IMG/VR virus record: IMGVR_UViG_3300004369_000009
Location: 9,657-73,656 of that record
Strand: one strand, 5' to 3'
Length of the DNA stretch: 64,000 nt
DNA from: a virus
The notes beneath the pieces are model-generated. The model saw only the letters and a program-made list of their open reading frames with translations, had not been told where the DNA came from and made no database searches. Positions 39,601 through 50,900 of the stretch are shown in pieces; within the stretch, counting starts at the first letter, position 1, and every line of letters starts with the position of its first letter. The position numbers and the translations under genes are program-made.

Positions 39601-42600
39601 CAGACTCAGGATAGAGTTTAATGTCACCAACGAAAGTAAAGACGTTGAATGGATTGACATTCTCAAGCGCAGAGGCAAATGGCTGGTCAACCAAAACAAC
39701 ATCACTATAAGGCAGGGTGATGATGTCACCAGTCTGCTTAATGTTGGTGGAATTGGAGCTAACAATCAAAGGAACGTTAGTTGTATAGTGAGAAGGGCGC
39801 AGATGACCTTCTTCAAAGTCAATAGAAACTCTGTAGTCTGGATGGAATGTATCGCTAGTTCCCAGAGAAGCAAAGTTGTCTACAATAAAACCATTCTTAA
39901 ATCTGTCCAGACCATTAGTATCTCTGATCTGAAGAGTAGCAGTTTCAGTTTCAAGGAGAGACAGTTGAGTGTAGTATTCCAGAGTTTTAATTCTGGTTTC
40001 CAACTGTTGAATATCTCTAAAAGTATATCTCTTATAGTTTGTTTGAGTGATATCTACATCTTTGTCGATGTCAAAGATGTAAGGACGCATGAAGATGGTA
40101 GCCAGAAGCATGGCATCTTCAATCTCAGAAGGCTCTACTGGATTTTCAGCAGGTTCACCTTTAATTACTTGAATCTTATTATCTTTGTTGATGAATACTT
40201 TGTCAGTTCTACCCAAGTAGTATTCATAAGAAAGGATAGTGGTATCGGACTGACCAGGAAGACCAACAAAGTTTCCAGTAAACTCTCTATTATCAAAGTC
40301 AAGTTTACCAGAAGAGGTATGCTCAAAAGGAGACAATCTTGTACCAGATCCACTAATCAGGCTTGGAACCATTGGACGGAAGTCCAAAACATTTCTTAGT
40401 GGGAACTCAGAGAAAGTTGGAATCTCTTTATATACTTCACTGGAGTAAGAATCTACAGTATAGAAACCATCACCACCAGTGGTTACAAATCTATCAAAAA
40501 TTACAAGCAGTTTGTGAGTAGGAGCAGCATACCCAGACTTTCTAACGAGTCTGGAATAATCATAATACTGCTCTCTCTGACCATTGTCCAATTCGTAAGC
40601 ACTGGTTACATTAGAACTGCCTAGAACAATGCTATTGGCTACGATACGAGCAGTGGTTGTTTCGGTATTAATGACCTCTGCGTTATCAAACAGAGTATCA
40701 GTTAGCATCACAAAGTAAACATAGTTACTATCAAAGGATACAATCTGAGCTTTAGCGCCAGAAGAAACACCAGTTATAATCTGGTTGATCGCATAAGAAC
40801 CAACTAGGTTGGTATATGAGAAGTGTGGAATAACAGGAGACTGAGAATCTTTGGATTCATAGACTGCCTTAATCTTAAAGACATCAGGACAACCCAAAGA
40901 AATTGTACGATCCTCAACTCTAGTACCATAACCAGCTGTATAACTGGTAAGACCATTAGCACTACCAAGAGCAGATTTATTAATCAAAGCCACTTTCATG
41001 CGTTCAGTGGTCTTAGACTTAGCAGATCTATTGCTACTGTATACTGTGGCAATTACAATACAACCATTAACTGTAGTGGGAAGACCAGAAACAGAAACGG
41101 AAGCAGATCCAGCACCAGTGCTAGTAGTAAAATTGGGGAAAGTATAACTATTACCAAGAACACCACTTCCAGAAGAGACGCTAGTTACAATGATTTGGAA
41201 ATCATCAGCATCTTGTGGTGCTCTAAAGACAAGGTTTGATCCAGCAGAAAGCGAGAATGAACCGTTAGTGATCTCAGAAGAAGGAATAACGTATGACTTA
41301 CGGAAATAACCCAGAGGAGTTACAGAAGCACCCTGGCTGTTTGTACTGGTAGATTTGACAGCAGCCTTAGGAATAGGAGTAATCAGAGCACGCTTAGTAG
41401 CAAACTGAATCTGAGGTCTCGTCAGAGTAATGGCAGAGGTTACAGATCCATTAGCAAGAGTCGTGCTACCTTCTCTAGTAATTGTGAAACTAGAGTTGCT
41501 AGTTACATTAGTAACTCTAGCGGTATGTTGTTGATTGTTGTTAGAGAAACGAATGATATCACCAATTCTCAGCTGAGCCGTAAAGTTAGACAGGCTAGCA
41601 GTGATAGTAGCGTTTCCTCCAGATACCCCACTAACAACAGGACCGTTAGCAGAAACCGTTGCTTGAACATCCAAAAGGACATTAGCAGTAAAAGTGCCAC
41701 TAAGGGTCATAGAACGGATGTCACTAAATTGATATCCGTAGATGCTAGAAATTGTTCCCAGGTTACTGGAAGCACTTTCATACCTAACGGCTTCACCAGC
41801 AACAAAGTTGCCAGTGATTCCGTATACAGTACAAGTGGAGTTAGAACCATTAGTTCTAACAAAGCCAGACGCGCCAGAGTTGACACCAACAATTTTGGTT
41901 CCTTGGACCCAAGTTACCGCACCAGTCATGGTGAGGGTAGTGAACAACGTCGTATCCGAGACATTTACTCGGTAAATTGTGCTAGAGGCATCTCTAACAC
42001 CAGAATCAAAACTAAAGCCAAAGACTCTAGTAAGACCGATAACATTACCCACAGCAGTGCCAGGGGTAGTTACCAGTCTATCACGAAGTTCTACAGTTTC
42101 GTAAAGTTCTACGCCACCATACAATTCGTCCACCAGAACGTAGTTTCCAAAGTCAGAAGCAAACGACTGGGAATCAGCAGCAGTAAAAGTTCTTGGTTTA
42201 TCACTATCCTTAAAGGTATTTGCCAGTTTCTCAGTTCTGTAACCAGAAATGTAGGCAGTACCAGGAGAGATCTGAATGGACATCTTGTCCTCAGATGGGT
42301 CATTACCATCTTGAGTAACAGCATCCGATTCATATACACCATTATTGAAAGCGTTATTAAGATTTTCTCTAACATCAATAGAGAATCTCTTAACATAATA
42401 ATCGCCAGACTCTTCTTTTGTTCTAAGAGCCAGAATATCATTAATATAACTAAGATCACTACGCTCTACTTTACTCTCTAATTTACCTTCATTGGTACGG
42501 AGAAGTTCAATAAAGTCAGCGGAGTTAGGATCTTTAAGTTCCTTTTTGATTAGGGTCAGGTTGATCTTGAAGCGATCAGCACCAGGAGCAGAGAAGTTTG

Positions 42601-43324
42601 TGCTACCAATTGCGTTGTCATAAAGGGTAGGATCTTCATCAGCAGTGATGATTCTTTCCTCAACCTTCAAACCAACCTTGTATGAGGGGCTATTGCTATA
42701 TTGATCAAGAACAACCGTTTGTTCGGGTACAGTTACAAAATAACCACGAACAAAATAAACACCTCTACCAATATTAGCGGTGGAAGCAACGGCAGTGCTG
42801 TTGGAGTTCAGCAACTGAGCCAGAGGCGTACCAGAAACAATAGTGGATGTGCTGTAAGTAATATCTTCTTCGCAAGTCAGAACTTCGCCAGCCTGAAAGA
42901 CGCTAGTAGTATTATCGTCTGCTTTTGTCAGGTAAGTCAAATAGAACGAAACGTATCCACGAGTAGACTCAGCGGCACTAATACTGAAGTTTACACGAGC
43001 ACGAATGTTCGAGTTAGAACCTTTGATTACCTTATTATTCAGCGCTTCCCTATAGAGCTCAACGGGAAGGTTGAGATAGTTATTTTGTACAAGTACAACT
43101 GGATACTGTTTGTTGAGGGTGATACCCCCAGGCACAACCATACTACCCTCACGGTAGATGCCCTGACCAAACGAGTTGATTTGGTTCTGGAGCAGTGACT
43201 GTAGGGTGGTTAATTCTCTAGCTTGGACTGGATATCCAGGCTTAAAGAGTACCTTGAGAAACCCCTTATCCTCATCAAAGTCGTCAAAATAAGGGGAAAT
43301 ATTAAGGTTGGTATTCTGTGCCAT
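36644..43324 (-). CDS. VrlC-like (DUF4815-type) baseplate/virion structural protein
   Basis: NLNISPYFDDFD, LFKPGYPVQARELT.LQS, APGADR, RFKNGFIVDNF, DPLAQTF, C-terminal PRVKDLRIIALA. Confidence 0.9.
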   Translation of the reverse strand: MAQNTNLNISPYFDDFDEDKGFLKVLFKPGYPVQARELTTLQSLLQNQINSFGQGIYREGSMVVPGGITLNKQYPVVLVQNNYLNLPVELYREALNNKVIKGSNSNIRARVNFSISAAESTRGYVSFYLTYLTKADDNTTSVFQAGEVLTCEEDITYSTSTIVSGTPLAQLLNSNSTAVASTANIGRGVYFVRGYFVTVPEQTVVLDQYSNSPSYKVGLKVEERIITADEDPTLYDNAIGSTNFSAPGADRFKINLTLIKKELKDPNSADFIELLRTNEGKLESKVERSDLSYINDILALRTKEESGDYYVKRFSIDVRENLNNAFNNGVYESDAVTQDGNDPSEDKMSIQISPGTAYISGYRTEKLANTFKDSDKPRTFTAADSQSFASDFGNYVLVDELYGGVELYETVELRDRLVTTPGTAVGNVIGLTRVFGFSFDSGVRDASSTIYRVNVSDTTLFTTLTMTGAVTWVQGTKIVGVNSGASGFVRTNGSNSTCTVYGITGNFVAGEAVRYESASSNLGTISSIYGYQFSDIRSMTLSGTFTANVLLDVQATVSANGPVVSGVSGGNATITASLSNFTAQLRIGDIIRFSNNNQQHTARVTNVTSNSSFTITREGSTTLANGSVTSAITLTRPQIQFATKRALITPIPKAAVKSTSTNSQGASVTPLGYFRKSYVIPSSEITNGSFSLSAGSNLVFRAPQDADDFQIIVTSVSSGSGVLGNSYTFPNFTTSTGAGSASVSVSGLPTTVNGCIVIATVYSSNRSAKSKTTERMKVALINKSALGSANGLTSYTAGYGTRVEDRTISLGCPDVFKIKAVYESKDSQSPVIPHFSYTNLVGSYAINQIITGVSSGAKAQIVSFDSNYVYFVMLTDTLFDNAEVINTETTTARIVANSIVLGSSNVTSAYELDNGQREQYYDYSRLVRKSGYAAPTHKLLVIFDRFVTTGGDGFYTVDSYSSEVYKEIPTFSEFPLRNVLDFRPMVPSLISGSGTRLSPFEHTSSGKLDFDNREFTGNFVGLPGQSDTTILSYEYYLGRTDKVFINKDNKIQVIKGEPAENPVEPSEIEDAMLLATIFMRPYIFDIDKDVDITQTNYKRYTFRDIQQLETRIKTLEYYTQLSLLETETATLQIRDTNGLDRFKNGFIVDNFASLGTSDTFHPDYRVSIDFEEGHLRPSHYTTNVPLIVSSNSTNIKQTGDIITLPYSDVVLVDQPFASALENVNPFNVFTFVGDIKLYPESDDWVDTKSLAALQGPTVEGNYQTTLRDMRADQNGITPIQWGSWQTTWSGRIWFSRQVTTGKGKNRSTRTERFSRVRTDQTRSGIRYRITPIIEQQSLGNRVVSVEHIQNMRSRNIEFKAEKLKPKTRFYAFFDGVSVKSYITPKMLEVTKNPNDDSDTNSIPFQVGETVKGLTSGATLRILEPNNEYTINPYTNQNIASVNDYTANLGWINLDTTSLAAQALGAYSGNPIAGEILVGQSSGAKAKVKERRLVTDQAGFLKGTFFIPDPSKSTNPKFKTGTRVFRLSDTTNDSTVVGESESSAQTEYSATGILQTTQETIISVRNAKLDEERLTQNRTLWSDPLAQTFLIQDDELEGGVFLTKIDLYFQQKDSEIPVAIDIRTVENGIPTQTILPFSKVIKKAGDVVTSTDASAPTTFTFESPVYIPHQTEHCIVVTSDSNQYKVFISLLGEDAIDAAHAGEKISEQPYIGVLFKSQNASTWTPSQFEDLMFKIYRADFVLPTTLNQSQVFLNNATLEENNGGFLPLLPNSIAVTDNQAYIEVFHSNHGMQSNANYVILDGVISEIGDTVLSSDLSATASQIVVSDASLFHRCIGGNSTQAASLTASNTGPGNAAPAVSDTNPGFIKIGDEIIAYEYINNGSPNWVINVLGHNSGTVSGRNWDAASNSGSASGTAHTANAAVQCYNLAGIPLTRVNGTHHTTTFGGFSSLNSPHKYRLNITGFKSHKTINGGGENILSSQNVPWDVLTPQVQTQVQPGCSIAARARATSGTSCGPFPSGVSPETSFQADSTWREITLNDINYFLSHKIIASKQNEISNMSGGKSLTLELNMFSDVSHLSPVIDTQRMSVTTTANLINYATPSKGIGDENAAIYITRLARLENSSTGVKVALSANTFEFSDIIAMYKLVPAGYTGDPDDINYEFFNTDGRPDSGKMVPQNDPFVWNDYEYTLNDAAAFDGFQLKLVLRNYNQPYIPRVKDLRIIALA

Positions 43325-44848
43325 TTAGAATTCAATTACTACTTTGAGCTCTTCGTTCTGATCCGCCGATCTGGAAATCGGGTTCCTATTATCTATGTAG
43401 AGGATTTCTCCAGAGTTGATTTGAACCTCTCCGTTAGCATAACCCTCAACAAAAGAGAGACCAAGTTCATAAACAGAAACACCAATCTGAATCTGACTCT
43501 TAGGAACAGATGCTGTACCAAAAGTAGAGTCGGGAGTGGCAGTGATCAAATCAGATGAGGTAATTTCATAGTTACCAGAGAACTCAATGATGTTACCCGA
43601 AGTAACTCCATCAAATGAATCCTGGTAATACTTCAAAAGCTTAGTATTGGAATCATAGGAAACTACATATCCTTTTGCGAGTGTAGTTGCCTGTGAGATT
43701 GTAGATCCAGGTTGGAACGTTCCGTTAGGGGCGCCAGTTCCAGACTGAGGGAAGATCATGGCTTTTACACCAGATCTTGTGTTTTGAGAAGACACCGTTG
43801 TGGTGTTGTAGTCATATGGGTTAAGAACCAGACCGACTCTACGGAATGTAAGGTCAGTTGGGAAGTCAACAAACGCAGTAGAGGTTTCAAGTTTGGAAGC
43901 AAACATCAAACGATAAGATCCAAGTTCTCTAGCAGCATCAGAACCATGACCACCGTTAGGAGGAATAATGATATCCAAATTTGCGTTAGCACCAGTACCG
44001 ATGTTTGTAATCAAACCAACATCAATAGTGGCAAAACTATAGTTAGATCCAGACTGAGTAACGGTAACATTACTAATACTACCAGAAACAACAGTAATGG
44101 AACAATATGCTTGAGTTCCTCCATTGATTTCCCAATCACCACGAATGGGTACATTAGTGAATGTGCCGTTATTATAACCAGCACCAGCATTCTCAATAAC
44201 AATAGTATCAACTGAACCAGCACCAGCGGCAGCTTCTACCAGAGCATTGTCAAGGACGGGGATAAACTCAGAAGTAACGAACTTCAGAATGTTATCAGCG
44301 TCAATGGTGTACATGTACTTCCAACGATACTTATAGTCGGAAGAATCATTAGTTTCAATAACTGTGGTCGAGGTGCCAGTTGGCTCTACTAGCGAAGGAC
44401 GACCTTTGGGAAATTCGGGAGTCTGACCATTATAAAGACACTTGTAGACATTAAAGTCTGAGTTCATCACATAGAAGTTAGAGTCATACAAACGGGTCGC
44501 GCCATTTGCTGTCGTCTTTGCTGGTGAATAATCAGGTTTGTACATAGAGTATGTACGACCAGTACCACCAGTAGTTTCTGTTGGGTCAATCCAGTCAACC
44601 CTAGGAATGACGAGAGCGGTGTCAGAAATATCTACGCGCTTATATGCTACCGAATCAGAGTATACCTGTCGATGGTATGTAAATGAATCAATAGGCTCGT
44701 CTGTGGGAGGTGAATCTGAATTTCCTGCCCATGCCTTAGGTCTACCTACAAAGAGATAGACTCTATTAGCATCAGAGCCTGCACTGCCTAAGGTGTTTCG
44801 GAACGCCTCGGCAGCATAAATCCTAAATTTGTCGGTTACAAGAGCCAT
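43325..44848 (-). CDS. gp8: Baseplate wedge subunit gp8
   Basis: FYVMNSDFNVYKCLYN, YRWKYMYTI, SGEILYIDNR...QNEELKVVIEF. Confidence 0.9.
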   Translation of the reverse strand: MALVTDKFRIYAAEAFRNTLGSAGSDANRVYLFVGRPKAWAGNSDSPPTDEPIDSFTYHRQVYSDSVAYKRVDISDTALVIPRVDWIDPTETTGGTGRTYSMYKPDYSPAKTTANGATRLYDSNFYVMNSDFNVYKCLYNGQTPEFPKGRPSLVEPTGTSTTVIETNDSSDYKYRWKYMYTIDADNILKFVTSEFIPVLDNALVEAAAGAGSVDTIVIENAGAGYNNGTFTNVPIRGDWEINGGTQAYCSITVVSGSISNVTVTQSGSNYSFATIDVGLITNIGTGANANLDIIIPPNGGHGSDAARELGSYRLMFASKLETSTAFVDFPTDLTFRRVGLVLNPYDYNTTTVSSQNTRSGVKAMIFPQSGTGAPNGTFQPGSTISQATTLAKGYVVSYDSNTKLLKYYQDSFDGVTSGNIIEFSGNYEITSSDLITATPDSTFGTASVPKSQIQIGVSVYELGLSFVEGYANGEVQINSGEILYIDNRNPISRSADQNEELKVVIEF

Positions 44849-44867
44849 CAGACAAAGCTTTTAGATG

Positions 44868-44875
44868 TATTTATA
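44868..44875 (-). promoter_or_regulatory. Late promoter TATAAATA for gp8
   Basis: Exact consensus about 20 nt upstream of the ATG. Confidence 0.75.
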
Positions 44876-44876
44876 C

Positions 44877-44905
44877 TTGACAAAGAAGAGATTCAGGAGT
44901 AGACT
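44877..44905 (+). promoter_or_regulatory. Sigma70-type promoter TTGACA-N17-TAGACT pointing antisense to gp7
   Basis: -35 at 44877-44882, 17-nt spacer, -10 at 44900-44905. Confidence 0.55.
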
Positions 44906-44943
44906 CTACAGTGTAGCGGGTTCAAGGATGAGCTTTAGCTACT

Positions 44944-47900
44944 TTATGCGTAGAGTCTAACAATTGGACGGATCTGTAGTGTAGCGCTGGTTTCCTGAAG
45001 AGCTACAGTAGAGGTAATTGTAAAGGTTGCGTCACCAGTCTTGGTAACTTTATATACCCCATTCAAAGAACTATATGACAAAGTACCACCAGAACCAGGA
45101 ACTGTTCCGCCAGAAGTGAAGAAGATATATCTCTCCATTCCAGTTTCAAGGTTATGATCACTAGACATAGTTACAGAAATGGTGGTGCCGTTGGCGGTCC
45201 AAGTTCCATTTTCAATGTTAATATTGTGTCCAACACCTAGGCTTGGACCTGTACGCTTGTAACCTCTACCATTAGTTGTAACAACAAAAGTATTAGCGTT
45301 ATAATCAACTGTTCCGTAAAGAACTCTTTCTACACTCCAATTAGTACCATTCCAATAAGGAATCATTATTTCACCGTCACTTGGGAAACCTTCACCAGCA
45401 TCATATCCAAAGTCTTGGCAAGGAATAGTTTGTGCTGTATCTGTAATAGAAGAAGAAAGAATCGCGGTGTAAAGGAATCTACTATTACTAATGGTCCTAT
45501 CTCTTTGAGTTCTTTCAACAGCAACTGGGTGGAAAGTTTGTACAGTTGGAGCATTGACGTAATTAGATCCACCTTGAAGATCAATAACCTCAATGACTTT
45601 ACCACTACCTTGCTCAATGATAGTTCTAGCGCTAGCGCCAGTACCACCACCACCATTAAAGGAGAGGAATGGTGGATATTCATAATTGCCACCAGCATCA
45701 ATAATATTGACCTTAACTACTTTTCCACCAACAACAACGGCTTCAAAAGAAGCAACAGATGGTTGGAGACCAGTATATTCATAAGTTTCAATAGAACTTG
45801 AAGAAGCAATCTGAGCAAGAATACGATTTTCACCTTCGGAGTCAATTCTGAGAAGATCGCCAGGGTCAATACTGTTGTAAGTATCTTCAACTGTGATGTC
45901 TAGGTCAGAACCAGTGTAGATGAAGGTCAGACACTCGGCACCTGCTCGTGGTGCTTCAGTGAATTCAAGAATTGAACCATTCAGAACAAATGATACTTCT
46001 GGTTCCTGATAGACACCATTCATGAACATGATAATATTGTTCGCTGGGATAACGGCAGGAGAATCAGATTCCAGGGAGAATGGCTGATCATTCTTCTTAA
46101 GAATGAATGTTTTTCTCTCATTATCAAAGAATGGAGCAATAGGATCTAGATCTTTCAACTGACCAACATAGAAGCAGTAGAAATCCATGTTGCCCAGCGG
46201 GGCTTCAGTGAAATTGATGGTAGATGGAGTTCCTGTGTAACTGTAAGAAACACCAAGTTCCTGAATGTGGGAATTAAGAAATAGCAGGAATCTGTCGTTA
46301 CCTGGCAGAGTATATCCAGTACCACCAACTTTAGCGGGGTACGAAGTTGTAGTTCCGTCAAAGGTAACGGTCTCAACTTCAATTTGGAAACTGTTGATTA
46401 CAGTACCGCCAACATCAGCAGCATCAACACCAAGCATATCAGTGTTAAGGTAATTGCTACCTCCATTTACCAAAGCTACGTCGGTAACCGCACCTGTAAC
46501 TCTAGCAATTGGATTGGTAGCAGCAGTTGTTGGATTGCCACCAGTAAATGCCAGAGTAGGTGCTTGATTGTAATCCTTACCTGTTTGTTGAACTTCAAGA
46601 CGCTCGATAAATCTACCAACAGTGGCAGAAGCCAAAGCAGTTGTGGTAATAGTATCAGCAGGGTCGTTGATAATTTCAACAACAACATCATCGTAACCAT
46701 AACCACCGTAAGTAACATTGATTCCAGTAACTGCTCCACCAGAGATGGTAGCAGTAGCAGTAGCGTTAAAACCACTATTGGATTTGATCACTACAGTTGG
46801 AACATTGTTATAGCCAACGCCAGGTTGGGTTACTGCGATACTCTTGATGAAACCTTCAGAGGAAAGAACAGCAGAGATTGCGCCATCTGTAACAGCAGTA
46901 TATCCAGACTGAACAATAGTAGGAGCACCTTCATACCCATCACCACACTGACCAACAGTTCTAGTGAAGGTATTGAAGTTGCCCTGACCGATAACGGTGT
47001 AGGCAAAATCCATCAAAGTTTCAATCGTAGAGATTACATTTGTACAACCTCCAGAAACCGAAGTGATGCTAGGATCCTTGTACTGGCTTCTAGTGCTGAA
47101 GTTATACTGCGAATAGGTCTCATAAGTTTCATTGTTAATTGCCTTCTTGACCATCTGACGTGCTTCTTCAAACACGTATTGGGTCTCGGCTTCTTCACCC
47201 TGTACGTGACCACCATTGAAGTACATATCGAGGTTGTCCCACAGAACGTGGTTACCACCGAATGCTACGTTAACGCCAACGGCACGCAAGATGTCAACAG
47301 TGTCAGATTTACACTGTTCATCACCAATACCAGGAGAGTTGAATCCAGTAGGAGCAGTTCTAGTAAACGTAGAGAGAGAATCAGTGTCGATCGCAACTTC
47401 GATGATATTCATCAGAGTATCAATCGCAGCGGTTACGTTTGTACAACCACCAACGACATTAGTAATACTAGAGTCCGTAACCTGAGAAATGCCGTGGGAA
47501 CCGCGAACGGTAACTGCGGTATTATCAATTACTTCCTTAGCAATCTTAGTGGCTTCTCTATAAACGTACTTAGAGTGAATCTCTTCGCCATCCAGATGTG
47601 AGGTGCCTACGTAGTAAGCAGCGGCATCATAGATTTCGCTGTTGGAACCATACTTGACGTTGATAGAAAGCGCTTCCATAACATCAACAACGTCATCGAT
47701 ACAGTTGACATTGCCGTTTGGAACGGTAAAGGCAGCAGGTTCAGTTCTGGTGGCATGAGTCATCAGATCTGTTTGGATTGCCAATTCGATGATGTCGATC
47801 AAAGTGTTGACACCAGAGATGACGTTTGTACAACCACCAGATACGTTGGTGATTCCACTGTCGATCGTCTGGGTGTATCCATGAGAACCAGTGATACTAA

Positions 47901-50900
47901 TTGTCTGGTTATCGATAGCCAGTTCCATCAGTTCTTCAAGTCTGCCGATAGCAGCAAGAGTTTGTTGCTCTTCGCCATCAATATGGGTTGTGCCAACGTA
48001 ATAATTGGCGGCATCCCAGACTTGGTTGTTGGCACCATGGAGAACGTTAAATGCTACAGCATCTACGATATCCAGGAGGTCATCAATACAATCCTGAGAG
48101 TTGCCTGTTGGAGTTACGAATCCAGGGAAATCTACGGTGCTCATCAGGTGATAAGCTTCGTATGCTAGCAGGTTTTTGTTAGCGAGGATTGTGTTATATG
48201 CGTCAAAGTGTCTGTTGCTTTGAACCTCAAAAGGAATGTCGAGCAGCATACGCTCAACGGCTTCGTTAGCAATGAAGTTCTTATTGGTTGTAATCAAAGT
48301 AGAAGCATCGGCAAAACGATTTGCCTGAGGTGTGCCAAAACGATTCATCAAACCAACAGCAACATCAGCAATAAGTCTGGCGTTATTGTTAATCAATACA
48401 CGAGCATCGCCAAATCTGTCAGCGGTTACATTAGTAGCCGTATCGAGAACATTGGTAATTGTGATGTTACCAGTAGCTCCAGTGCCATTTCCAATTTTAT
48501 TTGTAAATGCTACATTATTGTATACGCCAGGAGTGTATCCACTACCCTGGTAGATACCATCTGTGGTATTCAGGGAAGTAATAACGTCTCCAAAGATATC
48601 CAGCTGGAAGTTGCCGCTGATATCTTGGCGTTGATAATACATGATAATACAGACCGAATCCTTAATCGGTGGCTCGGAGAAGGTGAGGGTGCTTCCACTT
48701 AGACTATACGAAACTGGGTTCTGTACAATACCGTTGATGGTTACCATCAACTGATTTTTGTTTAGAGGTGTTATCTCAGTATCTCTGAATCTCAACTGAT
48801 AATCAACAGTTTCATCATCAAAGGCAACGGTCAATTTGTGCTTAATGCCTGTGGAAACTCCCGTCAGTGGAACTGCGGTACCAGCAGTAGCATTGGCTTT
48901 GGTTGTTGCCAATTTGAGATTATCATCATCAACTCTGATGATGTAGTAATCAGTATTAGCATCCAAACCACCAATGGGAACAGAGTTGGCAATTTCAGGA
49001 TAATATCCTGGGTTGCGCTCTGGAACGCTGGATGGATTGTCAATACCACCCCATACAATCTCAGCAAGAGTGTCAATAGTATTCTTGACATCTGTACAAC
49101 CGTTAGTATCCAGAGTGATAGTAATATCAGTTACTGGGAGTTGGTTTACAATCGCCTGCTTAGCCAGATCTCTGGCATATTGAATAGCACCGATTGTTTC
49201 CTCTTCTTCGCCACCAATATAATATACACTATTGTTAGGTACAGTTCTGGTAAGACTACCAAATGGACCATTAGCACCAGAATCAACAGCATCCGTAAGG
49301 ATTGTCATGAGGCTAGTGATACTACTAGCGACATTCTGACAGGAAGCTACATAACCACCTGTCTTTTCAGTTCTATTCTCTACAAGGTGCGAAAGTGGTG
49401 CGGTGATGGCAGCAGTTACAATGTCCATCAGAGTAGTGATGGCAGAAACTTGATCCGCACACTTGACGTATGAAGGATCATCAGCGGGGGCAGTGTCATC
49501 TGTAATCGTCAGATCAAAGACTTGACCAGACATGTCACCGACTGGCTTATTCTGAATTACCAGAATCGCAATATCTCTTGCTTGCTCAAAAGCATAGATC
49601 GATTCAGTTTCTTCGCCAAGGATGTGAGTTCCAGTTACATAGTAGTTCGCAGCATCCCAGATTTCGTCGTTTCCACCACGAGACATATTCTCAGCAAGTG
49701 CTTCGAGAACATCTACGATGTCATCTTCGCAATTAACTCTACCGTTTGGTACAGAGAATGTTGGGAAGTTGGACAGCATTCTGTCTACAGCAGTTACCGC
49801 AATCTGAGTCTTATTAGAGAGAATGAGATTTCTGGCATCAGCATGTCTATCACTAATGTAACCAGCAGGATCTTTAGTGATAGTGTTATCGAATACTTGA
49901 GTTTGGCTGGTATACTGTGGATTGATTGGATAATTTTGCATGGCTTGAATTGCCATGTCTCTAGCGTGGTTGAATACCTCAATAGTTTGGGTTTCTTCCC
50001 CAGATACGTGTGCTCCTGTGATATACAGGTTAGCAGCATCATATACTTCGCTGTTTCCGCCGAATGACAGGTTATAAGCCAAAGCCTCAAGGATATCGAT
50101 AACATCATCGATACAATCTTGATTATTACCAGTAGGAACAGTAAATGCGATATTATTTGGATCAGCAAGCATTCTACCGACTGCTTCTTCAGCAATCAGT
50201 ACCTTGTTATCGAGGATGCTCTGTCTAGCATTGGCATAGCGATTGCCAATGGTACCAACACCACCAATGTATTCTTGTACAGCATCCCAGGTAAATGCGT
50301 TTCCACCATAACGGAGGTCATTAACCCATGCTACGACAACCAATCTAAGGTCACGAGCACATATAGTTCTATCGTAATCTGGTTTGGATCCATCGGTTAG
50401 AGCTGGATAATTTGCTTCTAGCCATACAATAGACTGATCAATAATATAGTCAATGTTCTTAAGAATTAGGTCTCTAGCATCTTGATATCTGTCAGCAGGG
50501 GCAGAGTAATTTGCTTTCTGACCAGTAATAAATCCATGGTTAGTGAGAGCAAGAGTGTCACTAGCATCTAGAACTACAGCTGGATCTGTGCCATCAAATG
50601 TGTAAGTTTTAGATTCGATTTTATCTAGTTTGTTTACAATGGCACTAAGAATTCTCTGGACGTCCAGAAGTTGCTTACCTTGAACAAGAACATTTGTAGG
50701 CACTGAAGACGTGTAGTCTGGCTTGCCCATAAAGTAGTTCTGAATCCTAGAAAGCTTACCAGCATTGGAAGCAGAGGGTTTTGGCGTAAAGAATGTAGTT
50801 CCATTGAAGGACTGGAATTCATTACCAAACCTTTGAGCATACCAGTTGTTTGGATCTGGGTTTGATGGGTTATTAAAGGAAGCAGCATTGTATCTCTTAA

